A DNA stretch of 63,783 nt, filler included. It is 7 parts of 7 records of this genome, joined end to end, with 100 filler letters (N's around TTAATTAATTAA, not from the genome) between each part and the next. Parts side by side here need not be neighbours in the genome. Positions count along the whole stretch, not along the records: positions 50,931 to 57,878 come from SRR31156797_20931; positions 57,979 to 63,783 come from SRR31156797_21021; 5 more parts are not named here. One strand, 5' to 3'. Below are positions 50,831 to 61,122 of this stretch, in pieces. The notes under the pieces are model-generated. The model had not been told where the DNA came from and ran no database searches. It saw only the letters and a program-made list of their open reading frames with translations. The position numbers and the translations under genes are program-made. Every line of letters starts with the position of its first letter. Position 1 is the first letter of the stretch.

Positions 50831-50930
50831 NNNNNNNNNNNNNNNNNNNNNNNNNNNNNNNNNNNNNNNNNNNNTTAATTAATTAANNNNNNNNNNNNNN
50901 NNNNNNNNNNNNNNNNNNNNNNNNNNNNNN
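50831..50930. other. Artificial contig spacer
   Basis: N-run + TTAATTAATTAA + N-run. Confidence 0.98.
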
Positions 50931-50931
50931 A

Positions 50932-52383
50932 TTCCAGATCGTCCTGGACATGCCCGAAGGGACAACCCTGGAGCACACATCCCGTGTGGTCCGGGATTTT
51001 GAGCAATATCTACGCCAGGTTCCGGAAGTAACAAACCTTATTTCCTATACCGGAACGGCCTCCCCCATGGATTTTAACGGTATGGTACGCCACTATTATC
51101 TACGTCAAGGTGGGCATGTGGCGGATATCCGTGTGAACCTGGCGGCGGGCAAAGAGCAACGCAGACAACAGAGCCACGCCATCCTGCTCCGCTTGCGAAA
51201 AGACCTGGAAGCCGTGGCAGCCCGTCATGGGGCACACATCAAACTGGTGGAGATGCCCCCCGGCCCCCCCGTCATCGCCACGGTGGTGGCGGAAATTTAC
51301 GGGTCCCCCGACCACGCCTATGAAAACCTGATTTCCGGTGGGAAGGCCGTTCAGGCCATCATGAAATCCGAACCCTTTGTGGTGGATATCGACGACACCA
51401 CGGAAACCGTGAGGGATCGGATCGATTTTGTGTTGGACAAGGAGAAGGCGGCCCTGCACGGAGTCAGTACCGCCATGATTACCCGGACCCTCAAAACCGC
51501 CTTGAGCGGCGGGAAACCCGCCACGGTGCACCGTCACGGGGAACGCCAGCCCCTTCCGGTGAAAATTATCCTTCCCAGGGCCAAACGTTCCGGCATCCCG
51601 GCCCTCAGCCGGATTCCCGTAAAGGGGCATGACGGCAGCATGATTCCCCTGGGGGAGTTGGGGGTGTTTGTGAAAACGGCGGAGGACCAGCCCGTATACC
51701 ATAAAAACCTGGAGCGGGTGGTTTACGTGTTCGGGGAGATGGCCGGTCGGGCCCCGGCCGAGGCCGTCCTGGACATGCGGGAACGGATCGACCATGAACC
51801 GCTTCCAAATGGCGTGCGAGCTGAATGGGCCGGGGAAGGGGAATGGAAGATTACCCTGCGGGTGTTCCGGGATATGGGCATTTCCTATATGGCGGCCCTC
51901 ATGGGGATCTACACCCTGCTGGTGATCCAGATGAACTCATTCTTCATGCCCCTGCTCATCATGGTGTCGGTTCCGCTAACCCTCATCGGCATCATGCCCG
52001 GGTTCTGGCTGCTCAATCTCCTGTTGGCGGATCCCGTAGGCGGTTTTGATAACCCCATCTTTTTTACGGCCACCAGCATGATCGGCATGATCGCTTTAGG
52101 CGGCATCGTCATTCGAAATTCCCTGGTGCTCATTGAATTCGTAAACGGGGCCATTCAAGAAGGGGTGGCCCTTCGGGATGCCATCCTGCAAAGCGGCGCC
52201 ATCCGGTTGCGCCCCATTCTGCTCACCGCCGCCACAACGGCCCTGGGCGCCTGGCCCATCACCCTGGACCCCGTTTTTTCAGGGCTTGCCTGGGCCTTGA
52301 TTTTCGGCCTTTTCGCCTCCACCCTGTTTACCCTGGTGATCGTTCCGGTGGCCTTTTACGCCCTGAGCAAAAAGAAATATTGA
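50932..52383 (+). CDS. RND family efflux permease (AcrB/CusA superfamily), C-terminal half
   Basis: DMPEGTTLE, GIVIRNSLVL, RLRPILLTA, GLFASTLFTL. Confidence 0.9.
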   Translation, partial: FQIVLDMPEGTTLEHTSRVVRDFEQYLRQVPEVTNLISYTGTASPMDFNGMVRHYYLRQGGHVADIRVNLAAGKEQRRQQSHAILLRLRKDLEAVAARHGAHIKLVEMPPGPPVIATVVAEIYGSPDHAYENLISGGKAVQAIMKSEPFVVDIDDTTETVRDRIDFVLDKEKAALHGVSTAMITRTLKTALSGGKPATVHRHGERQPLPVKIILPRAKRSGIPALSRIPVKGHDGSMIPLGELGVFVKTAEDQPVYHKNLERVVYVFGEMAGRAPAEAVLDMRERIDHEPLPNGVRAEWAGEGEWKITLRVFRDMGISYMAALMGIYTLLVIQMNSFFMPLLIMVSVPLTLIGIMPGFWLLNLLLADPVGGFDNPIFFTATSMIGMIALGGIVIRNSLVLIEFVNGAIQEGVALRDAILQSGAIRLRPILLTAATTALGAWPITLDPVFSGLAWALIFGLFASTLFTLVIVPVAFYALSKKKY

Positions 52384-52443
52384 TTGTGATTTTCATGAAA
52401 AAAGGGTAATATTTCATGAAGTTTGTTCGGGGAGGTATATGTT

Positions 52444-52716
52444 ATGGCGAATTTACAGATCAAGAATATAGACGAGGCGTTCTATGGGCAGATAAAGGCC
52501 ATGGCCGAATCGGAAAACCGATCCATCAGTCAGCAGGTTCTCTTTTTATTGAAAGGATACCTTGCCGGCGGAAACATGATGAACAAGGCAAAACCGCCGG
52601 CCCAGGTTCTGCTGGATCTGGGAGGCTCCTGGCAGGATGAAAGGGATTCGGACGAAATTATTAATGATATCAAAAGGAATCGGCTGAACTCCAAAAAATT
52701 ATCGAGCGGGTTTTAA
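52444..52716 (+). CDS. Antitoxin (FitA/VapB-like ribbon-helix-helix)
   Basis: MANLQIKNID...KAMAESENRSISQQV; GGAGGT RBS; directly upstream of a PIN toxin. Confidence 0.8.
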   Translation: MANLQIKNIDEAFYGQIKAMAESENRSISQQVLFLLKGYLAGGNMMNKAKPPAQVLLDLGGSWQDERDSDEIINDIKRNRLNSKKLSSGF

Positions 52717-52717
52717 G

Positions 52718-53122
52718 ATGTATCTACTGGATACGGATATACTCATTTACAGCTTGAAAGCCCATAAGATCGTGCAATAAAACCTGCGGCGTCATCTCCA
52801 TGACCCCATCATGATAAATGCCGTCACCTTGATGGAATTGTATTATGGCGCCTATAAATCCAAGCAGGTTGCCAACAATCTTGCAAAAATAAAAACAATC
52901 GAAAATGCTCTTGAGGTTATTCCCGTCAACCGGGAAGTGGTCGAAATATTCGGTGTGTTGAAATCACATCTCGAAAAGGGTGGAAAACCGCTGGACGATT
53001 TCGATCTTATCCTGGCTGCAACCGCCATGTCCCATAACCTGATTATTGTTACCAATAATGAAAAGCATTTCGGGCGGATCGATGGCCTGAAAATGGAAAA
53101 CTGGTCAAGGGCCGTTAAATAG
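52718..53122 (+). pseudogene. vapC: VapC PIN-domain toxin interrupted by an in-frame TAA at 52778-52780
   Basis: MYLLDTDILIYSLKAHKIVQ*NLRRHLHDPIMINAVTLMELYYG...DLILAATA...VTNNEKHF. Confidence 0.8.
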
Positions 53123-53160
53123 ACGTCTGTTCCTGAAATACCCAAAAGAGGTGTATTAAA

Positions 53161-54321
53161 GTGCGAATGGCCGTTTTTCTAAGCGTTTTTCTGACCCTGT
53201 ACGGATCCCTGCATTTCTATGCCTTCCGGAAGGCCCGGCGGGCCTTCGGTTTTCACAAAGGGTTTGGAATCGCCTTGGGTGTTTTCATGGGGTTCATGAC
53301 GGTCTGTCCCATTCTGGTCCGGGTGGTGGAACGGCAGGGATTGGAGTCTTTAGCCAGGGTTCTGGCCCATGCGGGATACACCTGGATGGGCTTTCTGTTT
53401 CTCTTTGTTGCGGCAAGGATTGATCTCGATATTTATGGGGCTGTGGTGTATCTCATTGCCCGCATCAGGGGCGGTACAGGTGGAAGATGGCGGCTCTCTC
53501 CAAGGGTCGCCTTTTTCTTGGCCCTGGGGGCGAGTCTTGTGGGCGGCGCCTATGCACTGGTGGAGGCCACCGCCATTCAAACGGAACATATTGTCATCAA
53601 AACGCCTAAGATTCCAAAAGGCTTGGGTCGCATGAGAATCGTTCAGATTTCAGACGTGCATCTGGGGCTGATTGTGGGAAAGCTGCGCCTTTCACCGATT
53701 CTGGATGCGGTTCGCGCGGCAAAACCGGATATACTGGTGTCTACCGGGGACTTGCTGGATGGCCAGGTCGACGGCATCGAGGGTCTGGCAAAGCAATTCC
53801 GGAAAATCAACCCACCTTTTGGCAAATACGCGGTCAACGGCAACCACGAATATTATGTGGGAATCGAAAGGGCCGGGGCTTTCTGCAAGTCCGCCGGTTT
53901 TACCCTGCTCAATAATGAAACTTATGACATTCCGGGCGTGGCGGTGATCGCCGGCGTGGATGACCCGGCTGCCGGACGATTCGGTCTTTCCGGAGGGGTT
54001 ACGGAAAAACAATTGCTGGTCGGTATACCGAAAGAGCGGTTTGTACTGCTTTTGAAGCATCGCCCCCTCCTGAATCCCGATTCCAAAGGCTTGTTCGACC
54101 TTCAATTGTCCGGGCATACCCACCGGGGGCAGATGTTCCCCTTTACCCTGATCATTTACATGATGTATCCCATCGCTTCGGGACTGCTGAAACTTGAAAA
54201 TGACGGTTATCTCCATGTCAATCCGGGATCCGGCACATGGGGGCCGCCCATGCGGTTTCTGGCGCCCCCGGAAGTCACGGTGATTGATCTGGAGCATGGT
54301 GAGGGGCTTGGTAAAAAATAA
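53161..54321 (+). CDS. Membrane-anchored calcineurin-like metallophosphoesterase (YkuE-like)
   Basis: SDVH, TGDLLD, GNHE, SGHTHRGQ motifs; N-terminal TMs. Confidence 0.9.
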   Translation: MRMAVFLSVFLTLYGSLHFYAFRKARRAFGFHKGFGIALGVFMGFMTVCPILVRVVERQGLESLARVLAHAGYTWMGFLFLFVAARIDLDIYGAVVYLIARIRGGTGGRWRLSPRVAFFLALGASLVGGAYALVEATAIQTEHIVIKTPKIPKGLGRMRIVQISDVHLGLIVGKLRLSPILDAVRAAKPDILVSTGDLLDGQVDGIEGLAKQFRKINPPFGKYAVNGNHEYYVGIERAGAFCKSAGFTLLNNETYDIPGVAVIAGVDDPAAGRFGLSGGVTEKQLLVGIPKERFVLLLKHRPLLNPDSKGLFDLQLSGHTHRGQMFPFTLIIYMMYPIASGLLKLENDGYLHVNPGSGTWGPPMRFLAPPEVTVIDLEHGEGLGKK

Positions 54322-54553
54322 TTACACAATTTGGCTTGTCCTTTGGCCCGTCTACTGCGTTACATCCATCGGCACATATCCACCAATATGCACCGATGGA
54401 TGCGCCTTGTATACGAGCCAAAATACGGCGCAATCTTGCGCAATTAGTTTTTACCGAGACCCTGAACGGGAAAAGAGTTGACCTTGTATTTGGACTCGGA
54501 TTAAATGAAAGGGTAATTGGGTTTAAGGTTCCTTGTGTTAAGGAGACGGCATT

Positions 54554-56137
54554 ATGGAAATAATAAACGACACCATCGGCGGTAGCTTGGAAAAAATAGC
54601 ACACCGTTACCCGGCCCGCGATGCGCTGATTCACGGGGAAAAGGGGACCCGGTACACCTATCAGCTGTTATCATGGCAGGTGGACCGGGCCGCTTTGGGT
54701 TTGGCGGCCATGGGGGTGAAAGGGGGCGATCATGTGGCCATATGGTCGGCCAATATTCCCGAGTGGCTCATATCGATGCTGGCCATTGCTAAACTGGGCG
54801 CTCTTTTTGTTCCCATTGATCCGGGGGCCGGGCCGGAGGACCTGAAATACATCCTGGATCAAGCCGAGTGTGGTCTGCTGATGGTTTCCGGAGAGTTGGC
54901 GGAAAAGACCGCCGCACTTGAAATCCCCTCCCTTCTAAACGTTATTTTGATCTCCCCCCCCGAATCAGAGGGGGTCGGAATCCCATGGCCGGAACTCATC
55001 AAGAGAGGGGAGACCGTAGAACCTGAAAAAATCCGTCAGATGGCGGAAGCCGTTCTCCCCCATGATCCCGTGGCCATCATGTACACCTCGGGTACAACGG
55101 GGAAGCCCAAAGGGGTGGTGGTGGATCACCTGGGGTTGATCAACAAGTCCCTCTGTTCCACCGAGCGGCAGAAAATCACCGAAGCTGACCGCCTGTGCCT
55201 CTTTTTCCCCCTGTTTCACATGTTCGGCAATACGTGCATCGCCCTGTCGGGTCTGATTCGGGGGGCGGCCCTGGTCATGCCTTCCCAAGACTTTGATCCG
55301 GTCACTATCCTGGCAACGGTTCATAAGGAAGGGTGTACGGCCGTTTACGGGTCGCCCGCCATGTTGATCGCTCTTCTGGAGCACCATGCATTCAGTAAGG
55401 AGCGTTGGCGCACGGTCCGTACCGGCATCGTGGGCGGGGCCCCCTGTCCCATGGAACTCATGAAGCGGTTCGTGGAAGAGATCGGCGTAACGGATCTTAC
55501 GGTGGCCTACGGCATTACGGAAACCTCTTCGTGGATCACCATGACCCATCCCCATGATCCCCTTGCCCTGCGGGTGGGAACCATCGGAACGGCGCTTCCC
55601 TGCAACGAGGTGAAAATCGTGGACCCGAAGACCGGAGAAGGCCGTCCCTACGGTACCCAGGGGGAACTCTGCACCCGGGGGTTCCTGATGAAGGAGTATT
55701 ACCGCATGCCGGGTGCCACGGCGGCCGCCGTTGACCGGGACGGATGGTTCCATTCCGGGGACCTGGGGGAAATGGATGAAAAGGGGTATTTTAAAATAAC
55801 CGGCCGTTTGAAAGATGTGATTGTGAGGGATGAAAGGGAAATTTATCCCGTGGAAGTGGAGGAAATTTTTTACAAACACCCCCATGTGTCCGAAGTGCAG
55901 GTTTTCGGCGTGCCCCATGGGGAAAAGGGGCAGGAGGTGGTGGCATGGGTGAAGCTGAAAGAGAACGCTCAACTGGATGACCGGGACCTGGAAACTTTTT
56001 CCCATACCCATGTGGCGGAAGGGATGCGGCCGCGATATTTCAAAATCGTGAACGATTTTCCCATGACGCGCAGCGGCAAGGTTCAGAAATTTGTTTTAAG
56101 CGAGATGGCGGCAAAAGAGTTGGGGAAGACGCCTTGA
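54554..56137 (+). CDS. AMP-dependent acyl-CoA synthetase
   Basis: YTSGTTGKPKG, YGITETS, WFHSGDLG, SGKVQK. Confidence 0.92.
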   Translation: MEIINDTIGGSLEKIAHRYPARDALIHGEKGTRYTYQLLSWQVDRAALGLAAMGVKGGDHVAIWSANIPEWLISMLAIAKLGALFVPIDPGAGPEDLKYILDQAECGLLMVSGELAEKTAALEIPSLLNVILISPPESEGVGIPWPELIKRGETVEPEKIRQMAEAVLPHDPVAIMYTSGTTGKPKGVVVDHLGLINKSLCSTERQKITEADRLCLFFPLFHMFGNTCIALSGLIRGAALVMPSQDFDPVTILATVHKEGCTAVYGSPAMLIALLEHHAFSKERWRTVRTGIVGGAPCPMELMKRFVEEIGVTDLTVAYGITETSSWITMTHPHDPLALRVGTIGTALPCNEVKIVDPKTGEGRPYGTQGELCTRGFLMKEYYRMPGATAAAVDRDGWFHSGDLGEMDEKGYFKITGRLKDVIVRDEREIYPVEVEEIFYKHPHVSEVQVFGVPHGEKGQEVVAWVKLKENAQLDDRDLETFSHTHVAEGMRPRYFKIVNDFPMTRSGKVQKFVLSEMAAKELGKTP

Positions 56138-56144
56138 GGGTTTC

Positions 56145-57878
56145 ATGATTCCGCTGGACCGATTGAGCCATAAAAACAAGATATTTTTCGCTTCCGTGGC
56201 CGTGATTCTGCTGGTGAGCGTCGGCATCGCCCTGGTGGCCCGCTGGGTGCTGGTTTCAAGCCTCATCACGCGCATGGAACAGCGGGGGGTGGGTATTGCC
56301 GAAAGCGTTGCGGAGGAGAGTTCAGTCCACGTCCTTACAATGAACCGGGACGCTTTGAACAAGGTCCTTTACGACGCCTCCCGGCTTGGAAACCGGGAGG
56401 CGCTGATTGCCTACATGTTTGTTATGGACCTGAAGGGGGAAGTGCTGGGTCATACTTTTTCAAACGGTTTCCCCGAAGCGATGCTTCAGGCGGGCCGGCC
56501 GGACCCCGGTCGGATTCATGGCGCCGAAGCGCTTTCTTTGGGCCATGAATTTGCTTATGATATCACCTATCCCGTGGAAGAGGGCGGATCGGAAATCGGC
56601 GTTGTCCACGTGGGGTTGAGCAAAGGGCATATCGATGAAATTATCAGCCGGCTCCGCATCACATTTCTGGGATTTATCTCCGTTATTATCATCATCTTTT
56701 TCGGAATTGCCCATTGGCTCTCGGGATATATCACCCGGCCCATGGGGGAACTGATCCGGAGGGCCGAGGAAATCAGTCGGGGCAATCTGGAGATGGAACC
56801 GGCTGACCGGGATGAGGGCGCCAAAGGATATCGGAGCGACGAAATCCAACAGCTGGCCGATGCCTTCAACCACATGACCGCCTCCATCCGGGCCTCCAGG
56901 GAGCAGCTCCGGGAAAGCGAGCAGAAATATCGATCCCTTTTTGACAGTGGCCCCAATCCGGTGTTTGTGGTGGATCGTGAAGGGTTCAGGATTCTGGATG
57001 CCAATCCGGCGGCGGCGGAAACCTACGGATATGACAGGGCCGATTTGATCGGTCGATCCTTTGATGAATTGGGAACCTTTGAATACGGGAACTGGAAAGA
57101 TGAGCCCCCGGGAGAAAAAGCCGTGGCCGGCATGTGCGTGTTGAGTTCCAGGGCACGGCACTACCGAAAGGGGAATCGACCTTTTTATGTGAATGTGCGG
57201 GCCTGTCCCGGTATGTACCAGGGGCGGGAGGTCATCATTCTGGCCACCAACGATGTGACCGAAATCATGGAAAAGGACGCCCAATTGATCCAGGCCAGCA
57301 AAATGAAAAGCCTGGGGGAGATGTCCGCGGGCATTGCCCACGAACTCAATCAGCCCCTGAACGCCATCAAAATGGGAAACGATTTCCTGATTTTGATGCT
57401 GGAAAAGGGGAGGGTGATACCGCCCGAGAAACTGAGTCAGGTGGCCAAGGAGGTTAGTGCCCAGGTAGGCCGGTCGTCGGAAATCATCATGCGTCTTCGG
57501 GACTTTGCCAGAAAAGCGGATTTCAGCCGGGAACCGGTTTCCGTCAACAACCCCATTGATAATGTGGTAAAGATTTTCGATCAGCAGTTGAAACTGAAGG
57601 ATATTGATCTGAGATTCCTTCCGGGTAAGGATATTCCCCCGGTTCTGGCCAGCAACAACCGGCTGGAACAGGTTTTTTTCAATCTCTTGTCCAATGCCCG
57701 TGACGCCATTGTTCAAAAGCGTGACGGGTTGAACCATAATGCCTGCATCAGCCGGATCGGCATCCGCTCTTTTTCAAAAAACGGACTGGTTGTGGTAGCG
57801 GTTTCGGATACGGGCGCGGGTATCAGCAAGGATGCCAGGGACAAGATTTTTGAACCCTTTTTCACCACCAAGGAGGTG
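56145..57878 (+). CDS. Membrane sensor histidine kinase (HAMP-PAS-HisKA-HATPase), 3' truncated
   Basis: AGIAHELNQPL, NARDA, DTGAGI, FEPFFTTK. Confidence 0.9.
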
Positions 57879-57978
57879 NNNNNNNNNNNNNNNNNNNNNN
57901 NNNNNNNNNNNNNNNNNNNNNNTTAATTAATTAANNNNNNNNNNNNNNNNNNNNNNNNNNNNNNNNNNNNNNNNNNNN
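57879..57978. other. Artificial contig spacer
   Basis: N-run + TTAATTAATTAA + N-run. Confidence 0.98.
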
Positions 57979-58002
57979 AGCAAATTCCCTAGGGAATTTG
58001 CT
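57979..58002 (-). terminator. Hairpin after the ABC1 kinase gene (likely terminator; tail lost at the contig end)
   Basis: Perfect palindrome AGCAAATTCCCT-AGGGAATTTGCT immediately after the stop codon. Confidence 0.6.
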
Positions 58003-59232
58003 CTATTTTAAATTAACGACTCTTTCAAATTCTGTAATAAATTTTCTCATATCTTTAAGTAAAATAGCATCTGGATTGCACCTTAGCACCATTCCATCCA
58101 GATACATTAGACTTTTAATTATTCCAAACATTCCTTTTTCGAAGACCATTCCGGAATGAACGCCTAACTTGATAGTTTCCATCATTTTTCTTGTTAAACT
58201 AACTTCTGAAACGCTACTATTTTCGAAACCGTCATATAGTTTTATAAATTTGATTTTAAAATTCTCAAATGTTTTTCCGTGAATCTCTTTTTCTGCCATT
58301 TGATTTAGATAGTATGCACAGTTTTCAAAATCATACCAACTGAGGGCCTTGAAAAAATTAAATAATCCAATTCTAATTTTATCTCCTACTGTATTAATTG
58401 CACTTGTATCAACGAAATATATATTATCCTCTTCATCTAAAAGCATATTACCCGGGTGAACATCACCATGAAAGATTCCCGGACCAAAGAGATAAAAGCC
58501 ATGAATATGAAAAAAATCAAGAAGAGTTTCATATTTTAGATTCCCCTCATTAAGTAATTCATCAAAAGTTTTTCCCTTTATCTCTTCTGAAACAAGTATC
58601 TGTCTGGAAGAAAAATTTTTATAAATATGATGAAATTTTAATTTTCTAAGATCATACTTGTCTTTATTTTTCTCATAGATCTCTTTTAAAACTGTTTGTC
58701 CATTTATTTCATTTAGTAAATCCAGCTCATTTGAAGTATAATCCTCAATATTTTCAAGTATCCCGATAGGATCAAAAACTTTACTTAACTTTGGGTAAAA
58801 TTTAATTGAGAAATTAAAGAAGTTTTTTACAGTTTGTACATCATTTTGAAATGACTGGCTAAAATCTTTTTTTAGTAATTTAATAATAACTTTTTCTCCG
58901 CTGAGTAATTTTGCTCTATGTACCTGTCCAATTGAAGCAGATGCAAATGGTTTTTCCTCTATTTCGGAGAATTCATATTTCCAATTTTTATGTGTGTATT
59001 CATTAAGAAGTGATATAAACTTTTCCTCAGGAATCACTGTAGTGTTATTTCTATACAGCTGCGATAGATGCGTGCAAACTTTTTCGTCAAGAAAATCTAT
59101 TCTTAATGCGAAATGCTGGGCAATTTTTACAGCTAAAAGACCTTTTCCTTCTATTTTGTTTAAATCAGGAAGCTTTTTGCTATATATATCTTTTAATAAA
59201 AAAAGAAACTGAAAAGTATTCATCTTAATCAC
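58003..59232 (-). CDS. ABC1/UbiB (AarF) family atypical kinase
   Basis: VKIAQ (KxGQ-like), PFASASIGQVHRA, FHGDVHPGN. Confidence 0.9.
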   Translation of the reverse strand: MIKMNTFQFLFLLKDIYSKKLPDLNKIEGKGLLAVKIAQHFALRIDFLDEKVCTHLSQLYRNNTTVIPEEKFISLLNEYTHKNWKYEFSEIEEKPFASASIGQVHRAKLLSGEKVIIKLLKKDFSQSFQNDVQTVKNFFNFSIKFYPKLSKVFDPIGILENIEDYTSNELDLLNEINGQTVLKEIYEKNKDKYDLRKLKFHHIYKNFSSRQILVSEEIKGKTFDELLNEGNLKYETLLDFFHIHGFYLFGPGIFHGDVHPGNMLLDEEDNIYFVDTSAINTVGDKIRIGLFNFFKALSWYDFENCAYYLNQMAEKEIHGKTFENFKIKFIKLYDGFENSSVSEVSLTRKMMETIKLGVHSGMVFEKGMFGIIKSLMYLDGMVLRCNPDAILLKDMRKFITEFERVVNLK

Positions 59233-60719
59233 TTCTTGTCGTTTTTCATTAAAAGATCAGCTGAAATAAGAGCAGACTGATAAATAGTAGGAAGTCCGCT
59301 TCCAGGATGTGTTCCTCCACCAACTAAATAGCAATTATCAAACTCTTCAAACTGATTGTGTGGTCTGAATAATAGCATTTGTCCCACATTATGAGCCAGA
59401 TTAAATGTTGCACCCAGATATACGGAATACTCATTATCCCATTCATCAGGAATAATCAGCTTTTCAGCTTCAATATGATCCCTAATATCTTTTAACCCAG
59501 CTTTATTTTCAAGATAATCAAGAACGTGATTATATATATATATTTTATTTTTTTCCCAATCAATTTTAGCTTTATTATTAGGAACAGGTACTAAAATATA
59601 TAGTGTTGATTTTCCTTCAGGAGCAAGTGTTTTGTCAGTTAAACTTGCATTTTGCACGTAAAAAGAGAAATCGTCAGATAATTTTTTAGTTTTCGTAATT
59701 TCATTTACGTTTTTTTTATAATCATTTGCAAAGAAAATAGAGTGATGTGGGATCTCGGTATAAAGTTTATCTAAGCCCAGATACATCATTAATGTTGAAC
59801 ATGAATATCTTTTCTTAGCTAATTTCTCATTTGTATATTTAGGTCTGTGTTTCTCTTCCACGATATCTGTCATAGCATGAGCAAAATCAGCATTTAGTAT
59901 CACATAATCAGCATTATGAATTTTACCATTTTCCAGTTCAACACCTTTTGCCGCTTTATTTTCAACGATAATTTTTTTTACTTTAGAATTAAGATTTAGT
60001 TCTGCACCGTCCTTTATTGCAACTTTTGCCATTTGCTGACTTAGTTGATTAAGTCCTCCTTCTACATGATATATTCCATCACCATGTTCTATAAATGAGA
60101 TGATGCTGAAAGTTCCGGGAGCTTCCCACGGGGACATTCCGATATATTTAGCTTGAAAAGTAAAAGCTAATTTTAATTTCTCATCATCAAAGTATCTGCC
60201 AAGGACATCATATAGACTCAGATGAGCATCCAGAACAGGCAAAGAAGTAAGAAATTGCTTAGAAAAAAGATCACCTATATGTTGATACGGTATCTGCAAG
60301 CATGGAATTAATTTTTTATATTTTTTACCCTCTTTTTCAAGATATCTTTCATATGCCGAGAAACTTCCGGGAGAAAAGTTCTCTATGTTTTTTTTCATAG
60401 TTTTCTTATCTCTTGATGGATAGAAATTTCGCTTACCTTCATCGAAAGAGAGTTTGTACATTGGATCAAGCTCAGTTAAGTTTACATAATCTTGAAGTTT
60501 TCTACCAGTTTTTTCAAAAATTTCTTCTAAAACATTTATCATCATAAAAAATGTCGGACCAATGTCAAATTTAAAATCGCCAACACGAAGTGAGCCGTTT
60601 CTACCACCCACATATTCTTTCTGCTCATAAATCGTGACTTTATATCCTTTGTGGGCCAGAAGCATTGCTGCTGCAAGACCGCCTGGTCCAGCTCCGATAA
60701 TTATAACTTCTTTATCCAT
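59229..60719 (-). CDS. crtI: Phytoene desaturase family protein (CrtI/CrtN-like)
   Basis: IGAGPGGLAAA, FDIGPT, YLVGGGTHPGSGLPTI. Confidence 0.85.
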   Translation of the reverse strand: MDKEVIIIGAGPGGLAAAMLLAHKGYKVTIYEQKEYVGGRNGSLRVGDFKFDIGPTFFMMINVLEEIFEKTGRKLQDYVNLTELDPMYKLSFDEGKRNFYPSRDKKTMKKNIENFSPGSFSAYERYLEKEGKKYKKLIPCLQIPYQHIGDLFSKQFLTSLPVLDAHLSLYDVLGRYFDDEKLKLAFTFQAKYIGMSPWEAPGTFSIISFIEHGDGIYHVEGGLNQLSQQMAKVAIKDGAELNLNSKVKKIIVENKAAKGVELENGKIHNADYVILNADFAHAMTDIVEEKHRPKYTNEKLAKKRYSCSTLMMYLGLDKLYTEIPHHSIFFANDYKKNVNEITKTKKLSDDFSFYVQNASLTDKTLAPEGKSTLYILVPVPNNKAKIDWEKNKIYIYNHVLDYLENKAGLKDIRDHIEAEKLIIPDEWDNEYSVYLGATFNLAHNVGQMLLFRPHNQFEEFDNCYLVGGGTHPGSGLPTIYQSALISADLLMKNDKK

Positions 60720-60888
60720 ATTAGTTCCTCCATTTGTGAATAGTTAAAAATTGATCTTATCTATAATAAATCTTACATCAAAAAAAACAGGATATCAACA
60801 AAATTAGAATCAAAAAAATAAAATTGTTTTTTCAACTTGGAAGGAATTTGTATTATTAGTAATTATTAGTAAATTTTAATCCAGAACA

Positions 60889-60904
60889 ACAAAAACGTTT
60901 CTGT
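60889..60904. promoter_or_regulatory. LacI-type operator-like palindrome (upstream copy)
   Basis: ACAAAAACGTTTCTGT with a central CG. Confidence 0.5.
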
Positions 60905-60931
60905 AAAATCGAACTTAAATTCAACATTGTG

Positions 60932-60960
60932 TTGACAAATAGTTCATAATAAACTATACT
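60932..60960 (+). promoter_or_regulatory. Sigma70 promoter of the GH5 gene
   Basis: TTGACA-17 nt-TATACT. Confidence 0.75.
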
Positions 60961-61018
60961 TGGATAGCAACAGCTGGTGTTTTATAGAAAAAACGGAGTT
61001 TATATTTTTTTAGCAAAC

Positions 61019-61036
61019 TCCGGAAACGTTTCTGGA
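61019..61036. promoter_or_regulatory. LacI-type operator-like palindrome (downstream copy)
   Basis: TCCGGAAACGTTTCTGGA, 16 of 18 positions symmetric. Confidence 0.6.
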
Positions 61037-61122
61037 AAAAAGATTTGTTAAGTTGATGGTGGGGCATTAGATATCATTTTTGAAGCTATTTTTAATTAAT
61101 TAAAATTAAGGAGGATTTTTTA

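Noticed and set aside
52778-52780. Programmed stop-codon recoding (Sec/Pyl) in vapC
   Set aside because: The codon is TAA, not TGA or TAG, and neighbouring genes use TAA as a normal stop.
54965-57737. Long minus-strand ORFs of 348 aa and 425 aa
   Set aside because: Antisense shadows of the acyl-CoA synthetase and histidine kinase genes.
61092-61103. TTAATTAATTAA identical to the spacer core
   Set aside because: No flanking Ns; it is a chance match in an AT-rich 5' UTR just before the RBS.
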